A stretch of DNA of 64,000 bases, taken from IMG/VR virus record IMGVR_UViG_3300014204_000122, positions 64,001 to 128,000 of that record; one strand, written 5' to 3'. Below are positions 29,025 through 39,888 of the stretch, one piece after another. The notes below the pieces were generated by a model, which worked only from the letters and a program-made list of their open reading frames with translations, did no database searches and was not told the origin of the DNA. The DNA is from a virus. Lineage: Duplodnaviria; Caudoviricetes. The position numbers were made by a program, and so were the translations under genes. Position 1 is the stretch's first letter. The number at the start of each line of letters is the position of its first letter.

Positions 29025-29741
29025 TTAATATTTATAAACTAATTGTTTTTTTATTGCAGATTCATTACCTATAATACTTAATATATTTTCTCGTCCTAAA
29101 GTATTCCAAGTTTTAGGTTTAAGAAAAGAAAATGAATTATTATCTAAATCATATATTATTTCCCACCCTGTAGGAATATCTGATTCTATGGGATTTGTAA
29201 GAAAACCATTATTATCAAAAATTAAAGGCACGTTATTATTTAAAATAGTATAAGGTTCTTTTAATTGTAATAAATTACCATTACTATCTGTATAATTATC
29301 TATAAGAGTTTTAGGCAATATAACATATCCATCAGTGTTAGGTTCTGTATATAGTAAGGTAAAAAAATTATTTGCATTTATTAAAGTAGGTTTACTTCTT
29401 TTTGTAAAAAAAGTAATTGAATCGGGAGGATAATTATAGTTAGAACTTAATTCTACAACATTATTAGGTGTTTTAAAAATTTTAACAACATTAGCATGTA
29501 TTTCTCCACTTACGTTATTTATATCTCCAGTATATATTAATTTATGCTTAATTCCATAAGATTTAAACGGAGAATTAAAAGATCTTATATTTTCATAAGA
29601 AGCAGACATTTCATAATCGATATCACTATCCCCTAAAGAAATATTAGATATTTTAATACCACTAGTACTACCTCTTTGAGAAAATAAACGTCTAAGTTCA
29701 TCTTGTACTTTTATATCTAATGTAATATTATTCATTTTCAA
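29025..29741 (-). CDS. virion structural protein
   Basis: LGDSDIDY motif; located in the baseplate cluster. Confidence 0.55.
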   Translation of the reverse strand: MKMNNITLDIKVQDELRRLFSQRGSTSGIKISNISLGDSDIDYEMSASYENIRSFNSPFKSYGIKHKLIYTGDINNVSGEIHANVVKIFKTPNNVVELSSNYNYPPDSITFFTKRSKPTLINANNFFTLLYTEPNTDGYVILPKTLIDNYTDSNGNLLQLKEPYTILNNNVPLIFDNNGFLTNPIESDIPTGWEIIYDLDNNSFSFLKPKTWNTLGRENILSIIGNESAIKKQLVYKY

Positions 29742-30561
29742 TTATTATTTTTAAAACTTCATTATAAGAAATCTTCTTTTTATCTATTATACTTTGAATA
29801 CACGTTCCAGATTCATTTAAAAAAGGAAGAGCGTTAATTTCTAAAATTTTATATTCTCCGTTTTTTATCATAAAATCGATTGTACAACAAGATTTTATAT
29901 TTAGTTTTTTATATATATCTTCAAAATCTTTTTCTATAAAATTAAAAACAAGATCTTTATTATCATATATATATTTTACTTCTTCATTGTTATTTTTATT
30001 CCAAGTAGAACCTTGTTTTTTAATTAAAACAGGAGAACAAACTTTACCTTTTAATACAGTTATTGTATATTCTGTCCAATTATCATCAACAGATAAATAT
30101 TCTTCATATAAATAATTATCATCATATTTTTTTTCGTTATTTATTATTTTAACAGCAGCAGAATTTTCTCCTATTTTAGGTTTTTTAATACAAGGAAATT
30201 TTATATTAGCTTCCAAGTATGTTTTAGGAATATTTATTTTATTTTTTTTAGCCCATGTTTTAAATTTGGTTTTATCACCACAGATTTCTATAATCTCTTT
30301 AGAAGAAAACAAATAAGGCTTTTGATATTTATCTAAATATTCCTGAATTAACCCAGACTCACTCCAACCAAATTGTATACAGGGTAAAATTATATCAAAT
30401 TCTATTTTTTTTACAATATGTTCTAAATCTTTTATACCTCTAATATCGGTTAAGTAAACATCGTGTTTATCTTCTTTTAAGGTATTATAAAGCTCTCTTG
30501 ATACTATTTGAGTTAAGCCACTGCCTTCACCAATTGTTTTGTTTAAAATTAATATTTTCAT
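29728..30561 (-). CDS. ATP-grasp ligase (D-Ala-D-Ala ligase-like)
   Basis: GWSESGLIQ, GDKTKFK, FPCIKKP, EEYL..EYT, IDFM..ILEINALP. Confidence 0.8.
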   Translation of the reverse strand: MKILILNKTIGEGSGLTQIVSRELYNTLKEDKHDVYLTDIRGIKDLEHIVKKIEFDIILPCIQFGWSESGLIQEYLDKYQKPYLFSSKEIIEICGDKTKFKTWAKKNKINIPKTYLEANIKFPCIKKPKIGENSAAVKIINNEKKYDDNYLYEEYLSVDDNWTEYTITVLKGKVCSPVLIKKQGSTWNKNNNEEVKYIYDNKDLVFNFIEKDFEDIYKKLNIKSCCTIDFMIKNGEYKILEINALPFLNESGTCIQSIIDKKKISYNEVLKIIIENE

Positions 30562-30562
30562 T

Positions 30563-32359
30563 TTATATTGTTATATAATATCCTTTACTTATTAATACTA
30601 TGTTTTCTTTTATATCAGAAGGAATATTGAATTCCAATTCAATTTGTTCTCCCTGTCTTAAAGAGGTATATTTATCTTTAAACTCATAATTAATAGGTTT
30701 AATAGTTATATCTCCAATTTTTATATAAATATAATCTATATAAGATATTTCATTTTTTTCTTCTTTAATATATATATTTAATTTATTATCTTTTATATAA
30801 AAAGAATCTATACTTGTTTCTGATATTTTATCATTAAGAATACCTTCTTGATTTTCTAAAATTTCTGAATAAAATATTTGTTTATTGTTATAATTTAAAT
30901 ATAAGTAAGGACAAGCAATATCAATATAAGGACTAATTATACCACCAGATGTACTTCTTGAACTACTAAAAAGAGAATGATCACATTGTATGTCATTAAG
31001 AGTATATCTTGTTCTTAATTGCATTTGTGAAAAAGTACTGTTTTTATTTCTTGTTGAATAAATTTTTGGGTTTTCACTATATGATACATCAACTATTGAA
31101 GCTGACATTACCATCGATTGATCAGATTCAGGAGATTTAATAGATATAGTAGTTTGTGGTGATAAAACATAACCTGTATCTGGAGAAATACCCCCAAGAC
31201 CAGTTACTGTTATTAGTCTATGTAAAATTCCTTCAATTTCGATATCACTGTAGGTACTATAATAAACTGATTTACCATTATAGGTAATATTATTTCCCAA
31301 TTCAAGTGAAGGGATACTATTTATTGCTAATAGTTGATTAAAAGAATAAACAACTCCGAGAAAATTTGATCCGTCATAACTCATTGTAAATAAAGGATTA
31401 TATAATGTACTACCATTTTTCCCCTTCTCTACTGTTATATAAATTTCGTCTGTATTAGCATCAACAACAGTAGGAATATCTAATATTTTAAAAGTATAAG
31501 TATCACTATCATAACTTAAAGTATCTCCAATAGATAAAATTGGTTTTATTCCATAGCCTTCGGTACTTAACACAGGTGTTAGTTTTATAGTATTATAATT
31601 TACAATAAAACCAGTAAAAGTATTATTAGTCACATCTGTTAAGTGCTGCAATTCTAAATATTTATTTAATTGTATTGAACTAAAAGCAACAGGATTTGAG
31701 TTTCCGGCAACAGGACGTTGAACCAAAGATCCGGGAGTTGAACTGTATGTAGCTGTATTAGTTAAATTATAAGCAAGTTCTCCAAGATAAATTTTTCTTG
31801 TTAAATCTTTTAAAGATAATATATCTCTTTTTCTTATAAAAGTTTCATCCATATCAACAATGTCACCTAATTCATTAGTATTCCAATCATAAGGCTTAGC
31901 TGTTTCGCTTGTTCCTAATATATAAGAATATCTAGCAGTGCGAATAATATGACATTTTTTAAATATAGTATCTTCATATTCAACAGGAGAGGCGTTAATA
32001 TCAAAAGAATTTTCGTCACTATAACTAGTTTTAGGGATAATAATACAACCAAGATCTTCAAATTCAGGATCACTAACTCCAAAATAATTTCCTTGATTTA
32101 ATAATGCAGCAGCTTCTATAGAATAGAATTGTTTATTATAATAAACAATACCAGGGTTGCCTATAAGAGTGTCAGATCTTTGGTTTGCGTGTTGTGTTCT
32201 TAAAGGGAGAAAATCTGCATCTAATAATATTGCTTGATCGGCATTAATATTAAAAGAATTTAAGAATGTATAAAAAGCCTTATCACTTCTTTCTTTTAAA
32301 GTTATAAAATCATCTTTCCTAACAGGGTGACCACTTTCGTGAAATATTAAATCTTTCAT
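30563..32359 (-). CDS. putative tail fibre/structural protein
   Basis: 598 aa; C-terminal ACPYLY..E.SYIDY..GYY domain. Confidence 0.5.
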   Translation of the reverse strand: MKDLIFHESGHPVRKDDFITLKERSDKAFYTFLNSFNINADQAILLDADFLPLRTQHANQRSDTLIGNPGIVYYNKQFYSIEAAALLNQGNYFGVSDPEFEDLGCIIIPKTSYSDENSFDINASPVEYEDTIFKKCHIIRTARYSYILGTSETAKPYDWNTNELGDIVDMDETFIRKRDILSLKDLTRKIYLGELAYNLTNTATYSSTPGSLVQRPVAGNSNPVAFSSIQLNKYLELQHLTDVTNNTFTGFIVNYNTIKLTPVLSTEGYGIKPILSIGDTLSYDSDTYTFKILDIPTVVDANTDEIYITVEKGKNGSTLYNPLFTMSYDGSNFLGVVYSFNQLLAINSIPSLELGNNITYNGKSVYYSTYSDIEIEGILHRLITVTGLGGISPDTGYVLSPQTTISIKSPESDQSMVMSASIVDVSYSENPKIYSTRNKNSTFSQMQLRTRYTLNDIQCDHSLFSSSRSTSGGIISPYIDIACPYLYLNYNNKQIFYSEILENQEGILNDKISETSIDSFYIKDNKLNIYIKEEKNEISYIDYIYIKIGDITIKPINYEFKDKYTSLRQGEQIELEFNIPSDIKENIVLISKGYYITI

Positions 32360-32374
32360 TTTATTTTTTTGTTT

Positions 32375-35300
32375 TTATTTTGCATATAATTGTTTATTTA
32401 CTGTAATTTCGGCAGCTTCGTTTTTATCATAAATATAAATATCAAAACCATTTTCTCTAGTCCAATAAATATAATTTGATGGAATAATTTCTTTTGGCTC
32501 ACTATACCAAACTATTAAATCATTACTTCCATATGTTTCTTCGTGACAAGCAGATAAATCTTTTGGAGTACTAATATATGAGTATATTGATTCTCCGTCT
32601 GTATTTGTAGTACTAAACGCGCCATTAGTTTCAAAACCTATTTGTAAATATAAAGTTGAAGGATTTCCATATTGATTTACAAAATTTTGTAAATTAACAG
32701 AGTTTTCATTTCCTAAACTTAAATAAACATCCAAACCGTTGTGAATACAGGTAATATAATCAGAAAATTCAGAAGATATACTATTCATAAGATTTGTTAC
32801 TAATGAATATAAATTATTATTATTTCCAGTATTATATCTAATTAAGTTTTCTATAACAACATTATCATTTTTATCTATAATGTTTACAACAAAGGTTTGG
32901 TTTGTTTTTGTAGCAAGAACCTTAAAACTTGAGTGAGATGGAGAGTTTAAATAATGTCCTTCGTTTTTAAAAAAAGCCTTCGGATATCTATACTTACTTA
33001 TAAAAAAATTATATATTAAATTAAATCCAGTAATGTTAATTACAATAGGAATAAATTGTTTTATTATATTTTCAAATTTTAAGCTTGTATTTTTAGAATA
33101 TCTTAATAAATCTAGATAATTTAAAACTGTATCAGAAAAAGTATAATAATTATTTATAATAGATTCTAAATTAATATATGTATAGTCTTCATGTATAGCG
33201 TTTGTCCAACCATTTTCTTTTATTATATTTTTAACAAAATTATTATTTAATATTGTTTCTACTGCGTTTAAAGAAGTTTCTATAAAAACAGGATTAGGGT
33301 AGTTTTTAAATAAAGAATTAAAATTTGATCTGTTTACGTTAGATAATTCAACTAGATTACTATTTAAATTAAAAAAAGAATTAGTTTTGTAAGCAACAGA
33401 AGAAGCAACAGAAGTAGAAGGTAATGAACTTCTATAATTGGCAATTATTTTAATATAATCATTAACATATTCATCGTTAATTTTCTCTTGATCAGAAAAA
33501 TTAAACCACCATTTTTCTATTTCGTTTCCTAAAGTATTTGTTAAATTAGTATCTTCAATATCTGGTTGATTAATATATAATTTTTCATAAACTGCTATTT
33601 TATGAACATACATATTAATATTCACAGGCATTCCTGTAAATAAATCCCACCATTGTAATTCATTATTATATTCTACACTAATAGGATCATTTCCTAAAAG
33701 TTCCAAAGAATTCAATGGTAAAACTCTTCTTTTTAATATATCAGCTTTAGGAAAACATGATGATCCAAGAAAATTCTCAGTAGCTATTTGTTCGGGTGTT
33801 TTGGGAACATCTTCAAAACATTCTCTCCAAGGAATAAAATCATAAAATTTATAATCTTTAAATATTTCTATGCCTTCTAATCTATATGTTAGTTTTATAC
33901 AGTGATATAAACCATCACAATTAAATATATTTTGACATATAGCAACTCTATCATAAATACCAGTCGATCCTGGAGCTTTAGATCTAAGTCTTAATCTTAC
34001 AACTAAATCATTTTCTTCTAAAGAAGCAATAATATATTCACTAGCAGGACTAACTTTATAATTTGCATTAACTGGAGCAGGAACTTCGTCTGTAGGGTAT
34101 TTGTTGGGTAAAAAAAGTGAAATGTTATTATTCCAACTATAAAATTCACTCATACCTCCATAAATTTCTCTATAAACTTTATTTTCATAAGCTAAAGAAC
34201 CATTTAAATCACCATCATCAATGCAATTAAACGTAAAAGTATCAGAATCTAGTCTAGTGATTTGTTTTAGTCCTATTGTTTGTATAAGGTTTGAAATATA
34301 TGTTACATTTATTTCATCACCAGTTACATATCCATGAAATTTTGAATATACTGTAATTTTAGAGTTTTCGCGAGTCCAAGAAACCTTTTCATCCAAATCT
34401 CTTAATAAGGGTATTTGATAAGTATAATAGTTTTTAATTTTATCTATACTTATACCCTCCGCATAATTAACATCGTTTTCTATTATAAAAATAGAACCGT
34501 TATATGAATAATAACTTGATGTGTTTACAGCATGATATTTAAAAGAAACATTTCCTATTATTAATGTATCAAAAGTTTCTTCTTCATACATTAAATTATC
34601 GCTAATATTAAAATATACATTATCTATAACTGATGTATAAGTAACATCATATTCACCATATTTGTTTAACTCATCTAATTTATATAATCCACATAATTGA
34701 AACTTTGCTTTGTTTAAATTATCAGGAGAATCTTTATCTATAAAATAATCAATACTTACACCACTAAATTTTTCTGGAAAAGATAAAGGTAAAGCATAAT
34801 ATTCAGGATTGTTTATTCCATTTCTTTCTATAGGTTGAAGATTTAAATAGCTATTTTGTTTAAAAAGCACATATTGTTTTATGTTTTGTAAATATTTGGA
34901 AATATCATTAGCAATAGCCTCTGTAGGATCCATGTTTAATGATATTTCTCTTAAGTTATATATATTTTCATTATCATAAACAGGTTTGTAATGATATGGT
35001 TTATTTTCAGGACTTGAAGGATTTGTTTTATTAACAAATTTAGATGTATCTATTGTATATGTAATATTGGGAACGTTAACTTTTTCATTATTTGATTGTT
35101 TATATCCAAATCCCTCAGCATTGTTCCAATAATATTCATATTCATATATATTAGTCAATCCATTAGGAGATCCTAATAAGTTAATTAAAGATTCTATACA
35201 GGCAATAGTACCTTTTTTACTATATAAATATAATAAATTTACTAATAAATATTTTTGTCTTTTTTGAGAGAACTCTCTTAATTTAGAATTATCTAATAAA

Positions 35301-37180
35301 ACTTGATTATCTGTATACATAGAACTTCTTGTATTGGTTTGATCAAGTATTAATGTATTTAAATAATCTTCTTGGTTTTCATCATATAATTTAATACCAT
35401 AATGATCTGAGTATAATTTATAAAACTCAGGGGATAATTGATTAAATTCAGAATAATTTAAAGTATGAGTATATTGTAAAAAATCTATATATATTTTAAT
35501 ATAATCAAACATTTTACCAGCAAGTAATACATATCTAGTAAACATATTACTTTCAGATTCATTCATTTCATTAATTAATTCATGAGGAATACAACGTCTA
35601 ATTAATTGATTAGTTACATTTTGATCTAAATCAATAGCACCAATTAAATTATTAGAATCATCTTCTGTTTCTCTATAATATGAAAAATCTGTATTACTTT
35701 TATCCTTAACCATATTATCTGGATTTTGAATCCAGTGCTTAAAATCATCTCCTTCTATTATAATATTATTAGTAATAGGTTCTCTAGGCCAAGGAGTAGG
35801 ATTTAGAAAGTTTAACAAAGCTTTTTGTACACCATCTAATTGATTTTCATAATCTATAATATATTCCAAGTTAGGAGATAATAAAAATCCTTTATAAGTA
35901 AGAGATAGCTCATCAGGCGTTTTGTATGATATGTAGTTAGCTTGAGTTAATCTTCCATTTATTTGAACGTTTAAAATATCATCAGGTAAAACCATTTTAA
36001 TTTCATAAACATTATCTTCTATGAATTGTTCTATATCATAATAAGTATCTTCAACCAAGTCGGGTGTAAAAAAAGTTATAATAGTTTCAGAGCCTATAAC
36101 ACTAATATCTTTTATTCTTAAAACAGCTATAGTTTCATAATATTCAACAATTTCTTCAATAGCTCCAAAACCAGTATTAACAAAATAATTTCTTACAAAA
36201 GAAACTTTATCATTTTCTTTAATATGCTGTGGAAATCCTAAATTAGTATCTAACTTAATCTCTATAGGATCCCCTAAGGAAGTTATTTCAGTAGTTTGTA
36301 TATTATTGGAAGTATAAGATAATACAGCCGTTTTACCTCTTTGTAGTATTTCCAAATCTTCTAATTCTGAAGACATATTAATAAAATCAACAACTGTATA
36401 AATTCGATCAATAGAATAAAAAGGATATTGTTTATCTTTGATAATGGTTGCTTCTCCCAGTTTTGTATTTAAAGTATCATCTTCATAAAAAGTTATAATA
36501 CCTCCAAGTTTATAAGTTTCAGGGGTTTGTATTTCAATAACATAGCCAAATTCAACATCTTCACTAGTATATGGGGATACACTACCTATTATACCTGTTT
36601 TAAATATATTAAAATTAGATATAGGATATCTATTGTTTTCTTTATCTATTATATCATAATTTTGAGTCCAATTATAGTTTCCATTATTTGTAAAAGAAAT
36701 TAATCCTTTAAAAATAGTATCTTCTTTTAAACTAAAATAAAAATATGTATTTAATCCCCTAATATAAGGCTCAATTAAATTTTCTTCCCCTTGTTCATTT
36801 AAAATTCGAGCAATAAAAGCTTTATAAGGATAAGATTCTGATAAATAACTTATTTGATAACTTAATTCAGTATAAGAAGAACCAAAAAAAACAGTATTTC
36901 TTATATCTTCATTATCAATTAAAAGTTGAGTATATTTTGATAAAAAAACAGTCATAGCGTTATCTGATAAACTAGAATCAGATGATGTAATTTGAGAATT
37001 AAGACTATTTTTAATTTGCTCAAGTGTAAGAATTATATTAGGTGATATTACATTGTTAGAATTAGTAACAATTGTACTGTTTGGAATATTAGAAAAAACT
37101 CCATTGGGAGTTAAACTACTTCCAAAAAATTTACCACCTTTAATTGCATCATCTCCACTAGAGGTTAATATTGTTGGCAT
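32375..37180 (-). CDS. large baseplate wedge-like structural protein
   Basis: 1601 aa; LYSKKGTIACIESLINLLG motif typical of baseplate proteins. Confidence 0.65.
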   Translation of the reverse strand: MPTILTSSGDDAIKGGKFFGSSLTPNGVFSNIPNSTIVTNSNNVISPNIILTLEQIKNSLNSQITSSDSSLSDNAMTVFLSKYTQLLIDNEDIRNTVFFGSSYTELSYQISYLSESYPYKAFIARILNEQGEENLIEPYIRGLNTYFYFSLKEDTIFKGLISFTNNGNYNWTQNYDIIDKENNRYPISNFNIFKTGIIGSVSPYTSEDVEFGYVIEIQTPETYKLGGIITFYEDDTLNTKLGEATIIKDKQYPFYSIDRIYTVVDFINMSSELEDLEILQRGKTAVLSYTSNNIQTTEITSLGDPIEIKLDTNLGFPQHIKENDKVSFVRNYFVNTGFGAIEEIVEYYETIAVLRIKDISVIGSETIITFFTPDLVEDTYYDIEQFIEDNVYEIKMVLPDDILNVQINGRLTQANYISYKTPDELSLTYKGFLLSPNLEYIIDYENQLDGVQKALLNFLNPTPWPREPITNNIIIEGDDFKHWIQNPDNMVKDKSNTDFSYYRETEDDSNNLIGAIDLDQNVTNQLIRRCIPHELINEMNESESNMFTRYVLLAGKMFDYIKIYIDFLQYTHTLNYSEFNQLSPEFYKLYSDHYGIKLYDENQEDYLNTLILDQTNTRSSMYTDNQVLLDNSKLREFSQKRQKYLLVNLLYLYSKKGTIACIESLINLLGSPNGLTNIYEYEYYWNNAEGFGYKQSNNEKVNVPNITYTIDTSKFVNKTNPSSPENKPYHYKPVYDNENIYNLREISLNMDPTEAIANDISKYLQNIKQYVLFKQNSYLNLQPIERNGINNPEYYALPLSFPEKFSGVSIDYFIDKDSPDNLNKAKFQLCGLYKLDELNKYGEYDVTYTSVIDNVYFNISDNLMYEEETFDTLIIGNVSFKYHAVNTSSYYSYNGSIFIIENDVNYAEGISIDKIKNYYTYQIPLLRDLDEKVSWTRENSKITVYSKFHGYVTGDEINVTYISNLIQTIGLKQITRLDSDTFTFNCIDDGDLNGSLAYENKVYREIYGGMSEFYSWNNNISLFLPNKYPTDEVPAPVNANYKVSPASEYIIASLEENDLVVRLRLRSKAPGSTGIYDRVAICQNIFNCDGLYHCIKLTYRLEGIEIFKDYKFYDFIPWRECFEDVPKTPEQIATENFLGSSCFPKADILKRRVLPLNSLELLGNDPISVEYNNELQWWDLFTGMPVNINMYVHKIAVYEKLYINQPDIEDTNLTNTLGNEIEKWWFNFSDQEKINDEYVNDYIKIIANYRSSLPSTSVASSVAYKTNSFFNLNSNLVELSNVNRSNFNSLFKNYPNPVFIETSLNAVETILNNNFVKNIIKENGWTNAIHEDYTYINLESIINNYYTFSDTVLNYLDLLRYSKNTSLKFENIIKQFIPIVINITGFNLIYNFFISKYRYPKAFFKNEGHYLNSPSHSSFKVLATKTNQTFVVNIIDKNDNVVIENLIRYNTGNNNNLYSLVTNLMNSISSEFSDYITCIHNGLDVYLSLGNENSVNLQNFVNQYGNPSTLYLQIGFETNGAFSTTNTDGESIYSYISTPKDLSACHEETYGSNDLIVWYSEPKEIIPSNYIYWTRENGFDIYIYDKNEAAEITVNKQLYAK

Positions 37181-37181
37181 T

Positions 37182-38279
37182 TTATTCTATATTTAAATTT
37201 TTTCTAACTTCTTTATTGTTTACTTGAGATATTTGATAAGAAGCTATTATTGTACCATCTATACTTCCATCTTCAGAAACAGTAATACCATTATCATCAT
37301 ATATTTCAAAAACATTAGTTTGCAAATCTCTTGCAACATCATTTTTAATATATTGAGATAAACCAGTAATAGAATTATTAATAGATTGAAAATTTAATAT
37401 AATAGATATAGCATTGAAATATGATTCTTTTGGATAAATTTTTAATATATCACCAACAATTATATTTTGAAATGGAGAATCATATCCTATATAATTAGGA
37501 GAGAGTTCTAGGTTAACTAAAGCATTTGTATTAATATCATCGTTAGATATAAATTTAGTTGTTTTATATTCACCAGATGAAGAATAAACCTCTACAACAG
37601 ACCCTAATAAACGTCCTTTTTGTTGTAAATGATTAATGTTTTCAAATTCCCATATTGTGTTTAAAAATGGATTTTTATCTACACTATAATAGGTTCTCCT
37701 TTTTAAAGAAGTATTTGTAGAATTGACATAAGCTGTAGAAACAGATAAACTTCCACTTGTTGCTTCATAAGGGAGATGTTTTCCTAGACTAATAGTAGAA
37801 ACAGTCGTAGTTATACACTTGGATTGAATACTTAAATAATATAATCCATAATTATATGTATTATCATTATAATTTTTAAATCTATATTGAGGAATTTCTA
37901 ATAATTGAATTTTATTTCCAAGAACTTTAATTTTTTCTTCATCGTTCAAAAATAAGTTTTCAGACTCAATATTTTCATTACTAATAAAAAAATCTGCAAA
38001 AATAGGGTTAATAATATGAATAGTATCTATCGTTGATACACCTACATATTGTGTTGGGCTTTTAAATCCAGGGAAAAGGGGACTAAGATTGGTTCTATTA
38101 GCTGAAAGTAAAGAATAAGGAGTTTGACTAATTCCTTCATAATTAGTTTGACTATTTACAAAATCTTTTAATATCCATGATGCACTCTCTTCTGTGGGTA
38201 TAAACATCATTTTAGGAGAGGTTGGTGAAATAGGTATATAATTTACTATACTATTATCTGAAAAATCAAATTGTCTCAT
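37182..38279 (-). CDS. structural protein
   Basis: 365 aa in the baseplate operon. Confidence 0.55.
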   Translation of the reverse strand: MRQFDFSDNSIVNYIPISPTSPKMMFIPTEESASWILKDFVNSQTNYEGISQTPYSLLSANRTNLSPLFPGFKSPTQYVGVSTIDTIHIINPIFADFFISNENIESENLFLNDEEKIKVLGNKIQLLEIPQYRFKNYNDNTYNYGLYYLSIQSKCITTTVSTISLGKHLPYEATSGSLSVSTAYVNSTNTSLKRRTYYSVDKNPFLNTIWEFENINHLQQKGRLLGSVVEVYSSSGEYKTTKFISNDDINTNALVNLELSPNYIGYDSPFQNIIVGDILKIYPKESYFNAISIILNFQSINNSITGLSQYIKNDVARDLQTNVFEIYDDNGITVSEDGSIDGTIIASYQISQVNNKEVRKNLNIE

Positions 38280-38283
38280 GTTT

Positions 38284-39798
38284 TTAACGTTTTAAATAAA
38301 TATCTCTATCATTGTAAGGAGAAGCACTTACATTATCAAATCTAGTAACACCATCATAAATTAATTTAAATTTATAAGTATCTGGGCTTGTTTGTAGTCT
38401 TTCTCCGTTTTTAAACCTAATGTAAACTTCATATTCTATTTCTTCATAAAAATAAGATGTATCTACATAAAAAAATATCTCTTCACCATAAACACTAACT
38501 TTTGACCAAGGACATATTTCAAAATCACTAGTAGTAAGTATTTTATATTCAAAATTTGAAGATACAATATTTTTTCTTTTATCTTTTGCTATAATATTAA
38601 ATTTAACAATATCATTTTTAAATATTATATTTTTATTATAATAAGTAGTAGGATAGAAATATAATGTTGAATAAGAATTTTCTATAAAATTATAACCAGG
38701 TTTAGTAATCATCATAGATTTAGCTATTGTATTAGAATTTATAGACCACGTTTCTTGAAACTCTCCAGATGTTAAAGGTAAATAAGTATAACTATGAATT
38801 CCATTTCCTAAATAAGTAACAATAGGAATTTTAATTTTATCTATATCATCTATAGGTAATTGTAAGTCAGTAACAACAACAGATAAATTTTCAATTTCTG
38901 TTAAGTTCCAATTTATAAGATATAAAGTAGATTCCGTATCTTGTTTTAACATATATCGAGAATCAACAATATTATCTTCTATAAAAAATTCTAAATAAGG
39001 TTTAAATATAGTTTTAGTATGTCTAGATTTTACAAATTTAGTATATAAAACATCATCACTATCAAAAATATCAAAATTTAAAGCAAAATTACACTCTACT
39101 TCATTTTCTATGGAATTTTTTACAGGATCTAAACCGTTTTCTATAATTTTATTATAAGTAAAGGTTAAATCATCTGCCCTAGATTGTAGTTGTAAACTAG
39201 TTAAAGGTGTTTTAAATTCATCAGGTATAGGATCAGAAGTAAAGAAATAAACGGTTCCATTCCATTGATAACAATTTCCATTTATTAAATTATAGTAATA
39301 AGAATTTAAAATAGGAATGATAGGAGTAGTAAATGTATCCTCTAAATAAAATAAATTATCTGCTGGGTTGAAATAACCATTAATATAATTAACCCAATAA
39401 TCATTATTAGTTCTCTTTTCCCAATTACTAACACTTTCAAGAGCATTAGGTGGCGAAAAATTAAAACCATCACCTTCAACAAATTCAGAGTTAAAATAAT
39501 ATAAATTAATAGGTTTTATATTACTTATACTGTTTTTATTTATGGGAGTTCTACCTATATCTCTAAGAACACCACCATCATATAGTTTTAAATTATATGT
39601 ATAAGTTTTACCTTCTAGTTTGGTTTTTAGTTCGTTTAAATTAAATCCTAATAATATTCTTGATTTGCCTGCACCATCATTTAATTCAAACACAGGATTT
39701 TTTCCTGTATTAATTAAACCTTTTTGAATAGTTGAAGATCCAGTAGTAGGTTTAAAAATAGTATTATTTTTATCAGGGTATATTCTTATATAAGACAT
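38284..39798 (-). CDS. virion structural protein
   Basis: YPDKNNTI..NTGKNPVFEL..SRILL..SRHTKTIFKPYLE pattern. Confidence 0.6.
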   Translation of the reverse strand: MSYIRIYPDKNNTIFKPTTGSSTIQKGLINTGKNPVFELNDGAGKSRILLGFNLNELKTKLEGKTYTYNLKLYDGGVLRDIGRTPINKNSISNIKPINLYYFNSEFVEGDGFNFSPPNALESVSNWEKRTNNDYWVNYINGYFNPADNLFYLEDTFTTPIIPILNSYYYNLINGNCYQWNGTVYFFTSDPIPDEFKTPLTSLQLQSRADDLTFTYNKIIENGLDPVKNSIENEVECNFALNFDIFDSDDVLYTKFVKSRHTKTIFKPYLEFFIEDNIVDSRYMLKQDTESTLYLINWNLTEIENLSVVVTDLQLPIDDIDKIKIPIVTYLGNGIHSYTYLPLTSGEFQETWSINSNTIAKSMMITKPGYNFIENSYSTLYFYPTTYYNKNIIFKNDIVKFNIIAKDKRKNIVSSNFEYKILTTSDFEICPWSKVSVYGEEIFFYVDTSYFYEEIEYEVYIRFKNGERLQTSPDTYKFKLIYDGVTRFDNVSASPYNDRDIYLKR

Positions 39799-39888
39799 TG
39801 TAATAAATATTTTTAATTAAATACAAGTTTAACAAACATTTTCGTATTTAAAACAAAAACAAATTAAACATTTTGAAAATAATATAAA

